Origin: an uncultured Gammaproteobacteria bacterium
GTDB taxonomy: Bacteria; Patescibacteriota; Microgenomatia; Levybacterales; UBA12049
Direction of reading: 5' to 3'
DNA: 64,000 nt
Assembly: GCA_964490105.1 (NCBI GenBank)
Contig: CAZAZU010000001.1
Location: 646,245-710,244 of the forward strand
In this document: one piece after another, positions 63,613-64,000 of the stretch
Position numbering within the stretch: the stretch's first letter is position 1
Layout of the letters: every line of letters begins with the position of its first letter
Notes under the pieces: generated by a model
The model's input: only the letters and a program-made list of their open reading frames with translations
Told to the model about the DNA's origin: nothing
Databases searched by the model: none
Program-made: the position numbers and the translations under genes

Positions 63613-63949
63613 TTCTTTAAAAAAAGATAGATTAATTTTTAGACTTTATATTGGAACATTTGTTTTAATAGCAGTAACAGCAGGATATATTTTAATAAAC
63701 CTCGGAAATCTTCCTCCATTAATTCCTGTTTTCAATCAGATGCCTTGGGGCGAGGAGAGACTAAGTTCAACTTTCGGAATTTTTATCCCCTCCATTATCA
63801 CGTCAGTAATATTTTTTGTAAATATAATTTTATCAGCTGTAAGCTACAATACCTCTCCTCTTATTTCAAGATTAATCGCAATAACAAGTTTTTTAACAGC
63901 ACTCTTAACTTTTCTTTTTATCGTTAGGACAATTACGCTAATCATATAA
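63596..63949 (+). CDS. Small multi-TM membrane protein
   Basis: 117 aa hydrophobic ORF overlapping the upstream gene by 17 nt. Confidence 0.4.
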   Translation: MRKYFNSLKKDRLIFRLYIGTFVLIAVTAGYILINLGNLPPLIPVFNQMPWGEERLSSTFGIFIPSIITSVIFFVNIILSAVSYNTSPLISRLIAITSFLTALLTFLFIVRTITLII

Positions 63950-64000
63950 ATGGAAAACGTTTTAAACAATTTGATTTTCCTGCCTTTCTTAGTAGCGTTT

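Noticed and set aside
1-64000. CRISPR arrays, rRNA, tRNA, insertion sequences or transposases
   Set aside because: No regularly spaced direct repeats. No tRNA-like T-arm or acceptor sequences. No transposase-like ORFs were recognised anywhere in the window.

Overview
This window is a low-GC chromosomal segment that reads like a Patescibacteria/CPR-type genome with reduced housekeeping proteins (lineage assignment is inference). No rRNA, tRNA or CRISPR array was recognised.

Recognisable content, in order:
(1) A copper-homeostasis cluster on the minus strand: CsoR/RcnR-family repressor, DUF305, cupredoxin-like protein and a CopA-type P1B-ATPase, plus a partial Cys-containing permease at the window edge. 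A perfect 8-bp-arm inverted-repeat operator sits in the predicted csoR promoter.
(2) A relatively GC-rich block of hypothetical genes (4.4-7.8 kb). It includes a His-rich protein, an RGG/zinc-ribbon protein and a MarC-family gene broken by a frameshift in an A-run.
(3) An AT-rich accessory island (7.8-15.5 kb) dominated by a 1343-aa single-chain protein. Its domains, N to C, are a T5orf172/GIY-YIG-like domain, an SF2 helicase (Walker A GKS, DEtH), a gamma-class N6-adenine methyltransferase (EVFTP, LDLASKSGSF, NPPY) and a target-recognition domain. That is a Type ISP-like RM/defence architecture with a swapped nuclease module. It is flanked by a translationally coupled methyltransferase-like protein that lacks NPPY, a zinc-ribbon protein, two unknown proteins and a PolB-exo-like 3'-5' exonuclease. 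This island is the best candidate for an undescribed system.
(4) A ~550-bp GC-rich non-coding patch (15.6-16.1 kb) with a promoter-like site and an intrinsic terminator, suggesting an unclassified ~300-nt structured RNA.
(5) Housekeeping genes: FKBP isomerase, a truncated alaS overlapping a 765-aa membrane protein and a sortase, thymidine/AMP phosphorylase family, mltG, rodZ-like, ftsK, glpX, alkA-like glycosylase, SDR, RNase J, a Lon-like AAA+ without protease domain, pnp with an unusual Arg/Gly/Asp-repeat tail, rpsO, a DHH-like protein, a short infB, nusA, a membrane-anchored Clp-like ATPase, DHODH-like and dihydroorotase-like genes, LOG, dnaJ without zinc finger, glmS, dnaK-grpE-hrcA with a CIRCE-like operator, metG, tatD and a glycosyltransferase / membrane-protein cluster.

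All calls are from reading motifs in the supplied translations and DNA. No database search was run.
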